Source: Halosimplex carlsbadense 2-9-1
GTDB taxonomy: Archaea > Halobacteriota > Halobacteria > Halobacteriales > Haloarculaceae
NCBI RefSeq assembly: GCF_000337455.1
Contig: NZ_AOIU01000031.1
Span: forward strand, 20,872-60,871
Length of the DNA: 40,000 nucleotides
Reading direction: 5' to 3'
The number at the start of each line of letters is the position of its first letter. Positions within the stretch are counted from its first letter, which is position 1. The notes under the pieces are model-generated. The model searched no databases and was not told the origin of the DNA. It worked only from the letters and a program-made list of their open reading frames with translations. Below, piece after piece: positions 19,601-27,904 of this stretch. The position numbers were made by a program, and so were the translations under genes.

Positions 19601-19693
19601 GGGACGGCGTGGCCGGGCTCTCGTACTTGAACCTTCGGAGCGATCGACCCCGTGTCGGGAGTTTCAAGACAGTCGAGGGCGGGACTCTATTCG

Positions 19694-20608
19694 ATGCGTC
19701 ACGACCACATTATCAGTGCGAAACAACTCTCGCGGGCGGACATCGAGGCGGTGCTCGACCGGGCGGCCGAGGCGGCGGCCGACCCGGAGTCGTTCGCCGA
19801 CCGCCACGAGAACGCCCTGCTCGGGCTCTGTTTTTTCGAGCCGAGTACGCGGACGAAGATGAGCTTCACTGCGGCGGCAAAGCGGCTGGGCGGCGACGTG
19901 GTGGACATGGGCACCGTCGAGTCCTCGAGCGTCAAGAAAGGCGAGAGCCTCGCCGACACGGTCCGGGTGGTCGAGGGGTACGCCGACGCGCTCGTCCTGC
20001 GCCACCCCAGCGAGGGGTCGGCCCAGATGGCCAGCGAGTTCGTCGACGTGCCGCTGATCAACGCCGGCGACGGCGCCGGCCAGCACCCCACCCAGACCCT
20101 GCTGGATCTGTACACCATCCGCGAGTCGGCGGGCTTCGACGACCTGACGATCGGGATCATGGGCGACCTGAAGTACGGCCGCACCGTCCACTCGCTGGCC
20201 CACGCGCTGACGAACTTCGACGCCGACCAGCACTTCATCAGCCCGGAGAGCCTCAAGCTCCCCCGGAGCGTCCGCTACGACCTCCACGAGGAGGGCGCGT
20301 CGATCCGAGAGCACACGGAACTGGACCCGGTGCTCTCGGAACTCGACGTGCTGTACGTCACGCGGATCCAGGCCGAGCGGTTCCCCGACGAGAGCGAGTA
20401 CCGAGCGATCGCCGGCGAGTACCAGATCGACACCGAGACGCTGGAGGCGGCCCGAGACGACCTGACGGTCATGCACCCGCTGCCCCGCGTCGACGAGATC
20501 GCCCACGAGATCGACGACACCGACTACGCCCACTACTTCCAACAGGCCCACAACGGCGTCCCCGTCAGGATGGCGCTTCTGGACCTTGTCCTCGGAGGTG
20601 AGCAATGA
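19694..20608 (+). CDS. pyrB: aspartate carbamoyltransferase catalytic subunit
   Basis: Inside ORF 19652..20608. [18 protein letters not shown]..., [30 protein letters not shown] 19694 is chosen as the conserved N-terminus. Confidence 0.95.
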   Translation: MRHDHIISAKQLSRADIEAVLDRAAEAAADPESFADRHENALLGLCFFEPSTRTKMSFTAAAKRLGGDVVDMGTVESSSVKKGESLADTVRVVEGYADALVLRHPSEGSAQMASEFVDVPLINAGDGAGQHPTQTLLDLYTIRESAGFDDLTIGIMGDLKYGRTVHSLAHALTNFDADQHFISPESLKLPRSVRYDLHEEGASIREHTELDPVLSELDVLYVTRIQAERFPDESEYRAIAGEYQIDTETLEAARDDLTVMHPLPRVDEIAHEIDDTDYAHYFQQAHNGVPVRMALLDLVLGGEQ

Positions 20609-21066
20609 GCGACCGCGAACTCCGCGTCTCCAAGATCCGCAACGGCACCGTCGTCGACCACATCACGGCCGGCCAGGCGCTGAACGTGCTGGCCATCCTC
20701 GGCATCGACGCCGACAGCGGCGAGACCGTCAGCGTCGGGATGCGCGTCCCCAGCGACCGCCTCGGCAGCAAGGACATCGTCAAGGTCGAGGGCCGCGAAC
20801 TGAGCCAGGACGAGGTCGACGTACTCTCGCTGATCGCCCCCGCCGCGTCGATCAACATCGTCCAGGAGTTCGACGTGGTGAAGAAACACCGCGTCGAGCG
20901 CCCGGAGGAGGTCGTCGGCGTCCTCTCCTGTCCCAACCGCCACTGCATCACGACCGAGGACGAGCCCGTCGAGTCCCGCTTCGACGTGCTCGACGACGGC
21001 ATCCGCTGCACCTACTGCGACACCATCGTCCGCGACTCCATCCCCGAGCAGATCGACGTGGCCTGA
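20605..21066 (+). CDS. pyrI: aspartate carbamoyltransferase regulatory subunit
   Basis: ORF 20605..21066 with an ATGA overlap to pyr[16 protein letters not shown] and Zn-cysteines CPNRHCIT...CTYCD. Confidence 0.95.
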   Translation: MSDRELRVSKIRNGTVVDHITAGQALNVLAILGIDADSGETVSVGMRVPSDRLGSKDIVKVEGRELSQDEVDVLSLIAPAASINIVQEFDVVKKHRVERPEEVVGVLSCPNRHCITTEDEPVESRFDVLDDGIRCTYCDTIVRDSIPEQIDVA

Positions 21067-21172
21067 GTGCGCGCCGGCTCCCCCTCTGTTGTGATTCCCG
21101 TCACTGGTGGTGCTTGCTGGCGAAGGCGGCTCACCTATTGAAAACCCGGCCGTTCTCCCGCTGGGGAGTCCA

Positions 21173-22015
21173 ATGTACTACCACGACGACAAGCTCCAGT
21201 ACCCGGTCGAAGTCGATGAACCCGACCCCGCGTTCGCCAAGATGCTGCAGGAGGCCATCGGCGGCGTCGAGGGCGAGATGCGCGTCTGCCTGCAGTACAT
21301 GTTCCAGGCGTTCGGCGTCCCGGACGAACACGCCGAGTACCGCAAACTCCTGATGGAGACGGCCGTCGAGGAGATCGGTCACATCGAGATGCTCGCGACC
21401 GCCGTCGCGAAGAACCTCGAAGGCGCGCCGACCGAACTCCGCGAAGAGATGAGCTCGGACCGCGCCGTCAACGCGGCGATGTCCGGGATGTTGCCCCGGC
21501 AGTACCTCTCGGCGGGGATGAACGCGATGCCGATCGACGCGAACGGCAACCCGTTCGACGCGAGCTACGTGGTCGCCAGCGGCAACCTCGCCGCGGACAT
21601 GTACGCCAACGTCATGGCCGAGTCGACCGGTCGCCTGCTGGCGGCGCGGCTGTGGGAGATGACCGACGACCCAGGGATGAAGGACATGCTCTCGTATCTG
21701 GTCGCCCGCGACGCGATGCACCAGAACCAGTGGCTGAAGGCGCTGCACTCGCTGGGCGACCCCGAGGATCCCTTCGACCACCTCCCGATCCCCAACACCT
21801 TCCCCGAGGAGGAGATGCCCGACGAGTTCGACTACTCGTTCATGTCGACGACCCGCGACGGCGACGAGTACGAGGCGCCGTGGACGCACGGGCCGTCGGT
21901 GGACGGGACGGAGGACTTCTCGTTCGTCTGGGAGGGCGACATGGAGGGCGCCATGCGCGATATCTCGGAGGCCGACCCCGACACGCACAACGAAGTGGCG
22001 AGCGACGACGACTGA
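21173..22015 (+). CDS. manganese catalase family protein
   Basis: Inside ORF 21107..22015. MYYHDDKLQYPVEVDEPDPAFAKMLQEAIGGVEGEMRVCLQYMFQAF...EEIGHIEMLATAV. TATA-like cctattgaaaa lies about 30 nt upstream of ATG 21173. Confidence 0.9.
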   Translation: MYYHDDKLQYPVEVDEPDPAFAKMLQEAIGGVEGEMRVCLQYMFQAFGVPDEHAEYRKLLMETAVEEIGHIEMLATAVAKNLEGAPTELREEMSSDRAVNAAMSGMLPRQYLSAGMNAMPIDANGNPFDASYVVASGNLAADMYANVMAESTGRLLAARLWEMTDDPGMKDMLSYLVARDAMHQNQWLKALHSLGDPEDPFDHLPIPNTFPEEEMPDEFDYSFMSTTRDGDEYEAPWTHGPSVDGTEDFSFVWEGDMEGAMRDISEADPDTHNEVASDDD

Positions 22016-22042
22016 GCGGCCGGTCGTTTCGCACCAGAAACA

Positions 22043-22049
22043 CTTTAAC
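22043..22049 (+). promoter_or_regulatory. TATA-like box for candidate micro-ORF
   Basis: ctttaac is centred 27 nt upstream of ATG 22073. Confidence 0.35.
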
Positions 22050-22072
22050 CGGTTGCCACGTACGTGCGTTCG

Positions 22073-22150
22073 ATGTCGAAGAAATCACTGTTCGTGCTGG
22101 TCGCTCTGGTCGCGGTCGCCGTCGTCTACAAGACGGCGCTCGCCGAGTAG
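22073..22150 (+). CDS. candidate 25-aa single-helix membrane micro-protein
   Basis: My own translation: MSKKSLFVLVALVAVAVVYKTALAE, stop TAG 22148-22150. It is below the ORF-track cutoff. It has G/C-rich third positions, a Lys-flanked hydrophobic helix and a correctly spaced TATA-like box. Confidence 0.35.
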   Translation: MSKKSLFVLVALVAVAVVYKTALAE

Positions 22151-22241
22151 GGGGGAATTCCGGGCGCACCAGCGCCGGTGAGGCATCGCTCTCCGACCGC
22201 CTTTTCGAACGACTTACACCGCGCGCCCCGTACCCACGGGT

Positions 22242-23069
22242 ATGTACGGCGTCGTCACGCGCAACGAGCCCGAACTCGAGTGGGCGGAGTTCGACCGCGC
22301 CTTCTACGAAGTCAAGGACGTGACCGGCCGCGCGGCCGAGCCCGTCGAGAACGGCGTCAACATGATCTCCTGTTTCGGGGACAACAAGGCCGCCGCGGAC
22401 AACCCCGACCTGGTCCCCGAGAGCGACGCGGGCGAACCCGCCACGCGGGACCGCCCCTACTTCGACTGGGCGTACGTCTGTCCCACCCACGAGCGCTATC
22501 GCGAGGGCCTCCTGGAGATAATCGAGGACGCCGCCGCCGTCAACGAGGACGTGCGCCTCGACGACGTGGGCTTCCCACGCGAGGAGTACTGCCACTGCGA
22601 CCGTTGCGAGGCGACCTTCGAAGCCAGCGAGTTCGACGACTGGCGGGCCTGGCGGACGAGCGTCATCACCGAGTTCGTCGCCGAGGCCCGCGAGCGGGTG
22701 CCCGGCGACCTGTATCTCACGCTGTATCCCGACCCGTATCCGGGCCACATCTACGACCGCGCGGGCCTGGACGTGGCGGCGCTTTCGGAGTACGTCGACG
22801 AGTTCGTCGTCCCGCTGTACGACATGGCCTACTCGACGACCTACTGGCTGGAGATCCTCGCGAAGGGGTTCGTCGACGAACTCGACGCGCCGTTCTCGAT
22901 CGAACTCTACGCGGTCGACGTCGACATCGACGACCTGATCCACGCGACGGAGGTCGCCGACGAGTACGCCGAGTCGGTGGTGTTCGGCTACGACGCCAGC
23001 AACGCCAGGGCCACGGTCCGGCGGCTGCAGGCCGACGCCCGCGAGGGCGAGCAGTTCGGGCCCGAGTAG
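22242..23069 (+). CDS. conserved hypothetical protein (possible TIM-barrel glycoside-hydrolase-like fold)
   Basis: ORF 22242..23069. Acidic with good codon bias. VRLDDVGFPREEYCHCDRCEATFE contains a Cys cluster. The fold assignment is a weak inference. Confidence 0.65.
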   Translation: MYGVVTRNEPELEWAEFDRAFYEVKDVTGRAAEPVENGVNMISCFGDNKAAADNPDLVPESDAGEPATRDRPYFDWAYVCPTHERYREGLLEIIEDAAAVNEDVRLDDVGFPREEYCHCDRCEATFEASEFDDWRAWRTSVITEFVAEARERVPGDLYLTLYPDPYPGHIYDRAGLDVAALSEYVDEFVVPLYDMAYSTTYWLEILAKGFVDELDAPFSIELYAVDVDIDDLIHATEVADEYAESVVFGYDASNARATVRRLQADAREGEQFGPE

Positions 23070-23767
23070 CGACCAGTCGGGCTCGCGTCTACGCCGTGAC
23101 CCGTGCATTCGGAGGCGTCCGTCGTGTAGAACGGCGGTGCGTGAACGCGACCGCACTCGACACCAGGCGTCGAAAACCGCTCGACCCGCTCGCTAGCTGG
23201 AGTCGCTACTGCATTCGACGGCAGGCGGTGAAAGCCCTCGACGCGCTCGCTCACGGGTCGTTGCACTCCCCGTTCGCATGTCGAGGCGCTCGCGGTCGCT
23301 GTCTCTGAAAATCGGAGATTTTCGGGATCGGGCAAGAGCCCCGCTCTTGCTGACCTCGCGGGAGCGAAGCTCCCGTTCAGTGACGAGAGAGCTTTGCTCT
23401 CTCGAACCAAGCGGGATATCCGCGCTCTCGGCACCGCCCGCTCACGGCACAGCCGTTCGCTTCGAGGCGCTGCGCGCCTCGCACCGCGCGAACGGTCCGA
23501 GGGAGCTTCGCTCCCTCGCTACTCACGAGGACGCCAGGGACAGCACCGCAGCAGTAACTGCCCCGCACAGCACCGCAGACGGCCACAGACCTCCCCAGCC
23601 TCTTGCGATGCTCGCAGGCTGCGCTTCTCATCCACTGACAGAGCAAGCTCTAACAAGCCTTCGCTCACAGGGTTCGCGAAGACCTCGCGCAACTAGTTCG
23701 AGCGGCCCGCCAAGCGGCGGGCACGCTCGACAGCGCGCGCCAATCGTACCCGCTCCGCCGCAACCGC
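23070..23767. repeat. 0.7-kb non-coding island: copy A of a palindrome-rich intergenic element, containing a tri-loop hairpin train
   Basis: It lies between convergent gene ends. No plausible ORF is present; the tracked ORFs here are low-complexity in every frame. It contains many perfect short inverted repeats. It shares colinear blocks with 31723-32100 (see findings). Confidence 0.6.
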
Positions 23768-24331
23768 TTACTCGCCGAACCGTTTCTTGCGCCACTCTTG
23801 CAGGACCGACCGGTCGCGAGTGTTCTCCGGCAACTCGTCGAACCAGCGAGCGTCGGTGATCTCGCCGTCGGGATCGCACACCGCCAGATCGGTCGAGTCG
23901 GCCTCGCCTTCGAAGATGGGGAGGACGCCCCAGGTCTCGTGGCCGTCGCTGCGGAAGCGGACCTCGCCGAGGACCCCCAGGCCGTCGTAGGTCACGTCGA
24001 TCCCGGCCTCCTCGCCGAGTTCGCGTCGGGCGCCCTCGCGGACGGACTCGTCGGGTTCGACCTCGCCGCCGGGCAGGACCCAGGTGTTGATAGCGGCCTG
24101 CTCGACGAGCAGGAGTTCGCCGGTTGGCCGATAGGCGAGGGTGTGGGCTCCGTAGGGGAGCCCCTGGGCCTCGATGCGCTCGGCGACGGTCCGGAAGCGG
24201 TCGCGGGAGACCGTCCGGGTGGTCCGGAACTCGACGAAGTCGTCGTAGCGGTCCGCGAAGCGGTGGTACACCTGTTCGGCCGCCTGACGGGCCTCGGTGG
24301 CGAGGAACCAGAGGTTGTCGACGGCGGTCAT
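23768..24331 (-). CDS. NUDIX hydrolase
   Basis: Inside ORF 23768..24490 (-). Nudix box GGEVEPDESVREGARRELGEEAGI. Start ATG 24331 (MTAVDNLW) is chosen. An alternative ATG at 24430 cannot be excluded. Confidence 0.85.
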   Translation of the reverse strand: MTAVDNLWFLATEARQAAEQVYHRFADRYDDFVEFRTTRTVSRDRFRTVAERIEAQGLPYGAHTLAYRPTGELLLVEQAAINTWVLPGGEVEPDESVREGARRELGEEAGIDVTYDGLGVLGEVRFRSDGHETWGVLPIFEGEADSTDLAVCDPDGEITDARWFDELPENTRDRSVLQEWRKKRFGE

Positions 24332-24561
24332 CGCACCCGTGTCGGTCGGTCCAGTCTGCTCGACGGGCGCGGTTCGCCCGGCAAACGCCACCGCCGGCCA
24401 GCGCGCGTTCGCTCGGTCATGGCCCCCCATTCGCGAGTCTCCGGCATAAGCTTTCGACCTCCGGGCCGACTCCCTGACGTTACGTTGCACTTGCGTACGC
24501 CGACGGCGTCTGCCGACTGTCTGACGGGTGCTTATGGGCCCTGTCGAGAGATCAGATATCG

Positions 24562-25263
24562 ATGACCGAGGGTGTCATGCGGGCGAACGAGGGTGAACGT
24601 GCGAGCCACGGCGGTCCGGACGATGCGACGACGGATATCGACGGGGCCGTCGCGCTCGTGTGCGAACCGGCGTTCAGGGCGGACGCGGCGGGCCAGCTCG
24701 CCCGCGCGCTGGGCGGCGACGGGGAGCGGAGCGTCCTCGGGATACTGTATCGCCACGACGTGCGAGCGTGGACGACGGCGCTCCGGACGCAGCGTGACCG
24801 GATCGGCTCGGCCGCGGCCGTCGCCGTCGGGCCCGTGGCCGAGCCCGGACGGACTCGCGACCGGCTTCCGGTCCGCGAGGTCCCGGACCCGACCGACCTC
24901 ACGGGCGTCGGCATCGCCGTCGGCGAGTGGCTGCGCGCCCGCGACGACGACGAGCGGCCGGTCGTCTGTCTGGACTCGCTTTCGACGCTGCTGCAGTACG
25001 CCGACCTCGAACGGGCGTTCCGCTTCCTGCACGCGCTGGTCGCACAGCTCCGCTCGGCCGGCGCGACCGCGTACGTCTCCGTCGACCCCGGCGCCCACGA
25101 CGAGGCGACGCTGGCGACGCTGCGGACGCTGTTCGACGCCGTCGTCGCGGGCGAGCGAACGACCGCCGGAACGGACGAGGAGTCGGCGGGGGCTGACGGT
25201 CGGCCGGTGGCTACGGACGGTGGCAACCCGGATTCGGGCGGGGCGGCGAGCGGCCGCGAGTGA
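24562..25263 (+). CDS. conserved haloarchaeal hypothetical protein
   Basis: ORF 24562..25263. PVVCLDSLSTLLQYADLERAFRFLHALVAQLRSAGATAYVSVDPGAHDEATLATLRTLFDAVV resembles P-loop-less RecA/KaiC-like modules. That resemblance is inference. Confidence 0.6.
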   Translation: MTEGVMRANEGERASHGGPDDATTDIDGAVALVCEPAFRADAAGQLARALGGDGERSVLGILYRHDVRAWTTALRTQRDRIGSAAAVAVGPVAEPGRTRDRLPVREVPDPTDLTGVGIAVGEWLRARDDDERPVVCLDSLSTLLQYADLERAFRFLHALVAQLRSAGATAYVSVDPGAHDEATLATLRTLFDAVVAGERTTAGTDEESAGADGRPVATDGGNPDSGGAASGRE

Positions 25264-25307
25264 GACGGATCAATCCCTTTTTGACGGGCCGTCGAGTACC
25301 GCCGCCC

Positions 25308-25490
25308 ATGGCATTCGAAGAGGACGACCACGTCATCCTCCGCGACGAGCACAGCGAGTACGACGGCGAAGAGGGCACGATTACGCAGGTCGTCGAGACG
25401 ATGTTCGGCGACGAGAACTACACCGTCTCCTTCGAGGACGGCCAGGAAGCCGGCGTCTCCGAGGACCAGCTCGAAGCCGCCGAGGAGTAA
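25308..25490 (+). CDS. small acidic conserved protein (60 aa)
   Basis: Inside ORF 25260..25490. MAFEEDDHVILRDEHSEYDGEEGTITQVVETMFGDENYTVSFEDGQEAGVSEDQLEAAEE. TATA-like ccctttttga lies about 27 nt upstream of ATG 25308. Confidence 0.6.
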   Translation: MAFEEDDHVILRDEHSEYDGEEGTITQVVETMFGDENYTVSFEDGQEAGVSEDQLEAAEE

Positions 25491-25499
25491 CCCCACCCG

Positions 25500-25925
25500 A
25501 TGGCCTCCGTCCCGCTGCACTACGTCGACCTGCGCGCGTTCTGTTATGTCACAGAGGACGAGGAGCGCGTCGAGTCGGCGCTGCGCGCGTTCCTCCCCGA
25601 GGAGTTCGAGATCGAACGCGCGACCTCGGAGGGCCACCACGGCGACCGCATCGTCGTCCTCTCGGCGCGCGTCGAGCGCGCCGACGAGATCCGCCACGTC
25701 CTCGACAGACTCGGCGAACTCGACGACATCGACGCCGTCGTCTCCGAACTCGACGAGCGGGTCGACGACAACTGCGCCTTCTACCTGACCCTGGACAAGC
25801 AGGCGGCCTTCTCCGACGAGATCGAGCGCGGCGACGGGATCACCTTCCGTTCGAAGGTCGAGGCCTACCCCGCGAACAAGCCCGCGGCCGTCGAGAACGC
25901 CCGCGAGGTCTTCGAGGCGCTCTGA
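25500..25925 (+). CDS. RNA-binding protein of the archaeal 'exosome superoperon' (COG1325-type)
   Basis: ORF 25500..25925. Its position immediately upstream of RNase P p30, and its sequence style (LHYVDLRAFCYVTEDEERV...RIVVLSARVER), fit this family. Confidence 0.7.
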   Translation: MASVPLHYVDLRAFCYVTEDEERVESALRAFLPEEFEIERATSEGHHGDRIVVLSARVERADEIRHVLDRLGELDDIDAVVSELDERVDDNCAFYLTLDKQAAFSDEIERGDGITFRSKVEAYPANKPAAVENAREVFEAL

Positions 25926-25932
25926 GCGCGCC

Positions 25933-26706
25933 ATGACCGACACGGACCCGGACCGAGATCGGGACCGAGACCGACGCTTCGAGGCCGTCCACGCCCACCC
26001 AGACGGCGAGGCGACGGTCGCCCGCCACGCGTCGACCGCCGCCGAGTACGGCTTCGACGGGGTCGTCGTCCGCAATCACGGCGGCGCCCCCGCCGAGTTC
26101 GACACCGAGGAGATCGGGGACCGATACGGTATCGACGTCGTCGAAGGCGTCGAGATCCGGGCCGAAGACCCCTCCCGGGCGAGCGGGTTCGTCGGCAACC
26201 ACCGCCGGTCGAAGACTATCGTCGCGGTTGACGGCGGATCGGCGGCGATCAACCGCTTCGCCGTCGAACAGCCCGCCGTCGACGTGCTGGCCCACCCGAT
26301 GGCCGGGGACGGCGACGTGAACCACGTCCTCGCGAACGCGGCCGCCGACAACGGCGTCCGCTTCGAATTTTCCCTCGGGCGCGTGTTGCGGGCCGACGGC
26401 GGACAGCGCGTTCAGGCTATCCGCGGGCTCCGGAAGCTCCGGGAGATCGTCGAGGCCTGCGACGCGCCGTACGTCGTCAGCGCCGACCCGCGGAGTCACC
26501 TGCAGCTCCGGGCGCCCCGGGAACTCGTCGCCGTCGGCGAGGTGCTGGGGTTCGACCCCGCTCAGGTCAGGTCCGGTCTCGCCGAGTGGGGTTGGATCGT
26601 CGACCGGAACCGTCGCCTGACGAGCGACGCGTTCGTCGAACCGGGCGTCTACCGCGGGTCCGTCGCGGACGGCCACCAAGCCAACGACGACGAGGCGTTC
26701 GACTGA
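25933..26706 (+). CDS. rnp3: RNase P protein component 3 (Rpp30/p30)
   Basis: ORF 25933..26706. TIM-barrel PHP-like pattern (FDGVVVRNH, VVEGVEIRA, VDVLAHP, VRFEFSL, YVVSADPRSHLQLRAPRE). Superoperon context. Confidence 0.8.
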   Translation: MTDTDPDRDRDRDRRFEAVHAHPDGEATVARHASTAAEYGFDGVVVRNHGGAPAEFDTEEIGDRYGIDVVEGVEIRAEDPSRASGFVGNHRRSKTIVAVDGGSAAINRFAVEQPAVDVLAHPMAGDGDVNHVLANAAADNGVRFEFSLGRVLRADGGQRVQAIRGLRKLREIVEACDAPYVVSADPRSHLQLRAPRELVAVGEVLGFDPAQVRSGLAEWGWIVDRNRRLTSDAFVEPGVYRGSVADGHQANDDEAFD

Positions 26707-26757
26707 CGCCGGTCGGGGAGCGAGGCGTTCTTTGTCTCCCGGGTCGAACCCGTTCGC

Positions 26758-27429
26758 ATGAACCACTCTCTCGACGAGCACGCCGCCCGCTTCGACGAGA
26801 TGGCGGCCGAGTACGACGAGGAGGAGAGCGACGAGTACCGCGCCTGCGCGTCGCTGGTCGTCGAACACGCCAGCCCCCGCCCGGACGACACCGTCCTCGA
26901 CCTGGGAACCGGGACCGGCGCCATCGCCCTTCCACTGGCCGAGGGAGCCGAACGGGTGATCGGCCGCGACATCAGCGAGGGGATGCTGGAGGAGGCGCGC
27001 GCGAAGGCCGAAGAGCGCGACCGCTCGAACGTCGAGTTCGGCGAGGGGCGGTTCCGCGAGCCGGCGGTTCCCGACGACGCCGACGTGGACGTGGTGACGA
27101 CGAACTTCGCGATGCACCACCTCGGGGACGCCGAGAAGCGCGCGGCGATCGACGTGATCGCCGGCCTGGGACCGCGGCGGATCGTCCTCGGCGACGTGAT
27201 GCTGTTCGGCGAGCCCGACCCCGACGAGCCGTTCTACAGCCCCGCGGTCGACGACCCGGCGACGGTCGGCACGCTTGCCGACGCGTTCACCGACGCCGGA
27301 TACGCGCTGACGGCGGTCGAGCCGGTCCACGACCAGGTGGGCGTCCTCGTCGCGGAACGCGTGGAGCCCGCCGGAGAGCCGGCCGAGGCGGGCGGCGCGA
27401 CGGACGCCGACGGGGAGGGCGGGTCGTGA
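26758..27429 (+). CDS. class I SAM-dependent methyltransferase
   Basis: ORF 26758..27429. Motif I VLDLGTGTGAIALPLA, followed by DISEGML and VVTTNFAMHHL. Confidence 0.85.
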   Translation: MNHSLDEHAARFDEMAAEYDEEESDEYRACASLVVEHASPRPDDTVLDLGTGTGAIALPLAEGAERVIGRDISEGMLEEARAKAEERDRSNVEFGEGRFREPAVPDDADVDVVTTNFAMHHLGDAEKRAAIDVIAGLGPRRIVLGDVMLFGEPDPDEPFYSPAVDDPATVGTLADAFTDAGYALTAVEPVHDQVGVLVAERVEPAGEPAEAGGATDADGEGGS

Positions 27430-27902
27430 AACACCTCCCGAAACACCTGCAGCCGCGGTGGCGCTACCTCGCGGTCGAGCTGGAGTCGTGGCCCGACGCC
27501 GAGATCGACCGTCGAGCGTTCCAGCGCGAGGTGTGGTTCGCGGCGCAAAACCTCGTGGGCGACGCCGGGAGCGCGGACGCGGACCTGTCGGTGGTCCGGT
27601 TCGACTTCGACGAGGGAGCGGGGCACGTCATCGTGCGTGCACGCAGGGGCGAGGTCGACCGCGCGCGGGCGGTGCTGGCGTGTCTGGACGCGGTCGAGGG
27701 CGCGGCGGTGGGCGTCCGCGTGCGAGGGGTTAGCGGCACGGTGCAGGGCTGTGAAGAAAAGTATATACGACGCCGACCGGAACCAACGGACCAGAGAAAC
27801 GTCGTCTTCGAGAACGCCGAGCGGCGTGCCGTCGGTCGCGGCGGCCGAATCGACGTGCGGGCCGACGACGCGTTCGTCGGGGCGACCGAACTCGATCTAT
27901 AA
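27426..27902 (+). CDS. rnp2: RNase P protein component 2 (Pop5/p14)
   Basis: In-frame 3' part of tracked ORF 26586..27902. GTG 27426 overlaps the methyltransferase stop (GTGA). VKHLPKHLQPRWRYLAVELES...VVRFDFDEGAGHVIVRARRGEVDRARAVLA is Pop5-like. Confidence 0.75.
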   Translation: MKHLPKHLQPRWRYLAVELESWPDAEIDRRAFQREVWFAAQNLVGDAGSADADLSVVRFDFDEGAGHVIVRARRGEVDRARAVLACLDAVEGAAVGVRVRGVSGTVQGCEEKYIRRRPEPTDQRNVVFENAERRAVGRGGRIDVRADDAFVGATELDL

Positions 27903-27904
27903 AT

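Noticed and set aside
21840-23308. 438-aa (-) and 376-aa (+) ORFs over Mn-catalase and the following gene
   Set aside because: Same shadow-frame composition. They run through the non-coding island without any change in character.
23307-23518. CRISPR array interpretation of the hairpin train
   Set aside because: The palindromes all differ in sequence, so there is no conserved repeat with variable spacers. The units are too short and no cas genes are present.
23070-23767. RNase P RNA or SRP (7S) RNA in the 0.7-kb gap
   Set aside because: I could not find the conserved RNase P CR-I/CR-V type sequence (gaggaaagtcc-like) or the SRP helix-8 motifs. The gaaagccctcg motif only superficially resembles CR-I.
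23278-23879. Tracked ORFs inside the non-coding island (23278..23859, 23377..23646, 23394..23696, 23628..23879, 22988..23434)
   Set aside because: All six frames are open in patches, the translations are low-complexity, and there is no TATA/start context. The region is dominated by palindromes, which cannot be good coding sequence on both strands. The minus-strand SER(A/V)EGF repeat is kept only as an alternative hypothesis in the findings.
24552-27330. 507-aa (-), 454-aa (+) and 496-aa (-) ORFs across the superoperon
   Set aside because: They overlap five short, well-supported, tightly packed plus-strand genes and translate to low complexity.
26586-27425. 5' 840 nt of tracked ORF 26586..27902
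   Set aside because: Only the last 158 codons (from GTG 27426) look like Pop5. The upstream part is an Arg-rich shadow of the Rpp30 and methyltransferase genes.
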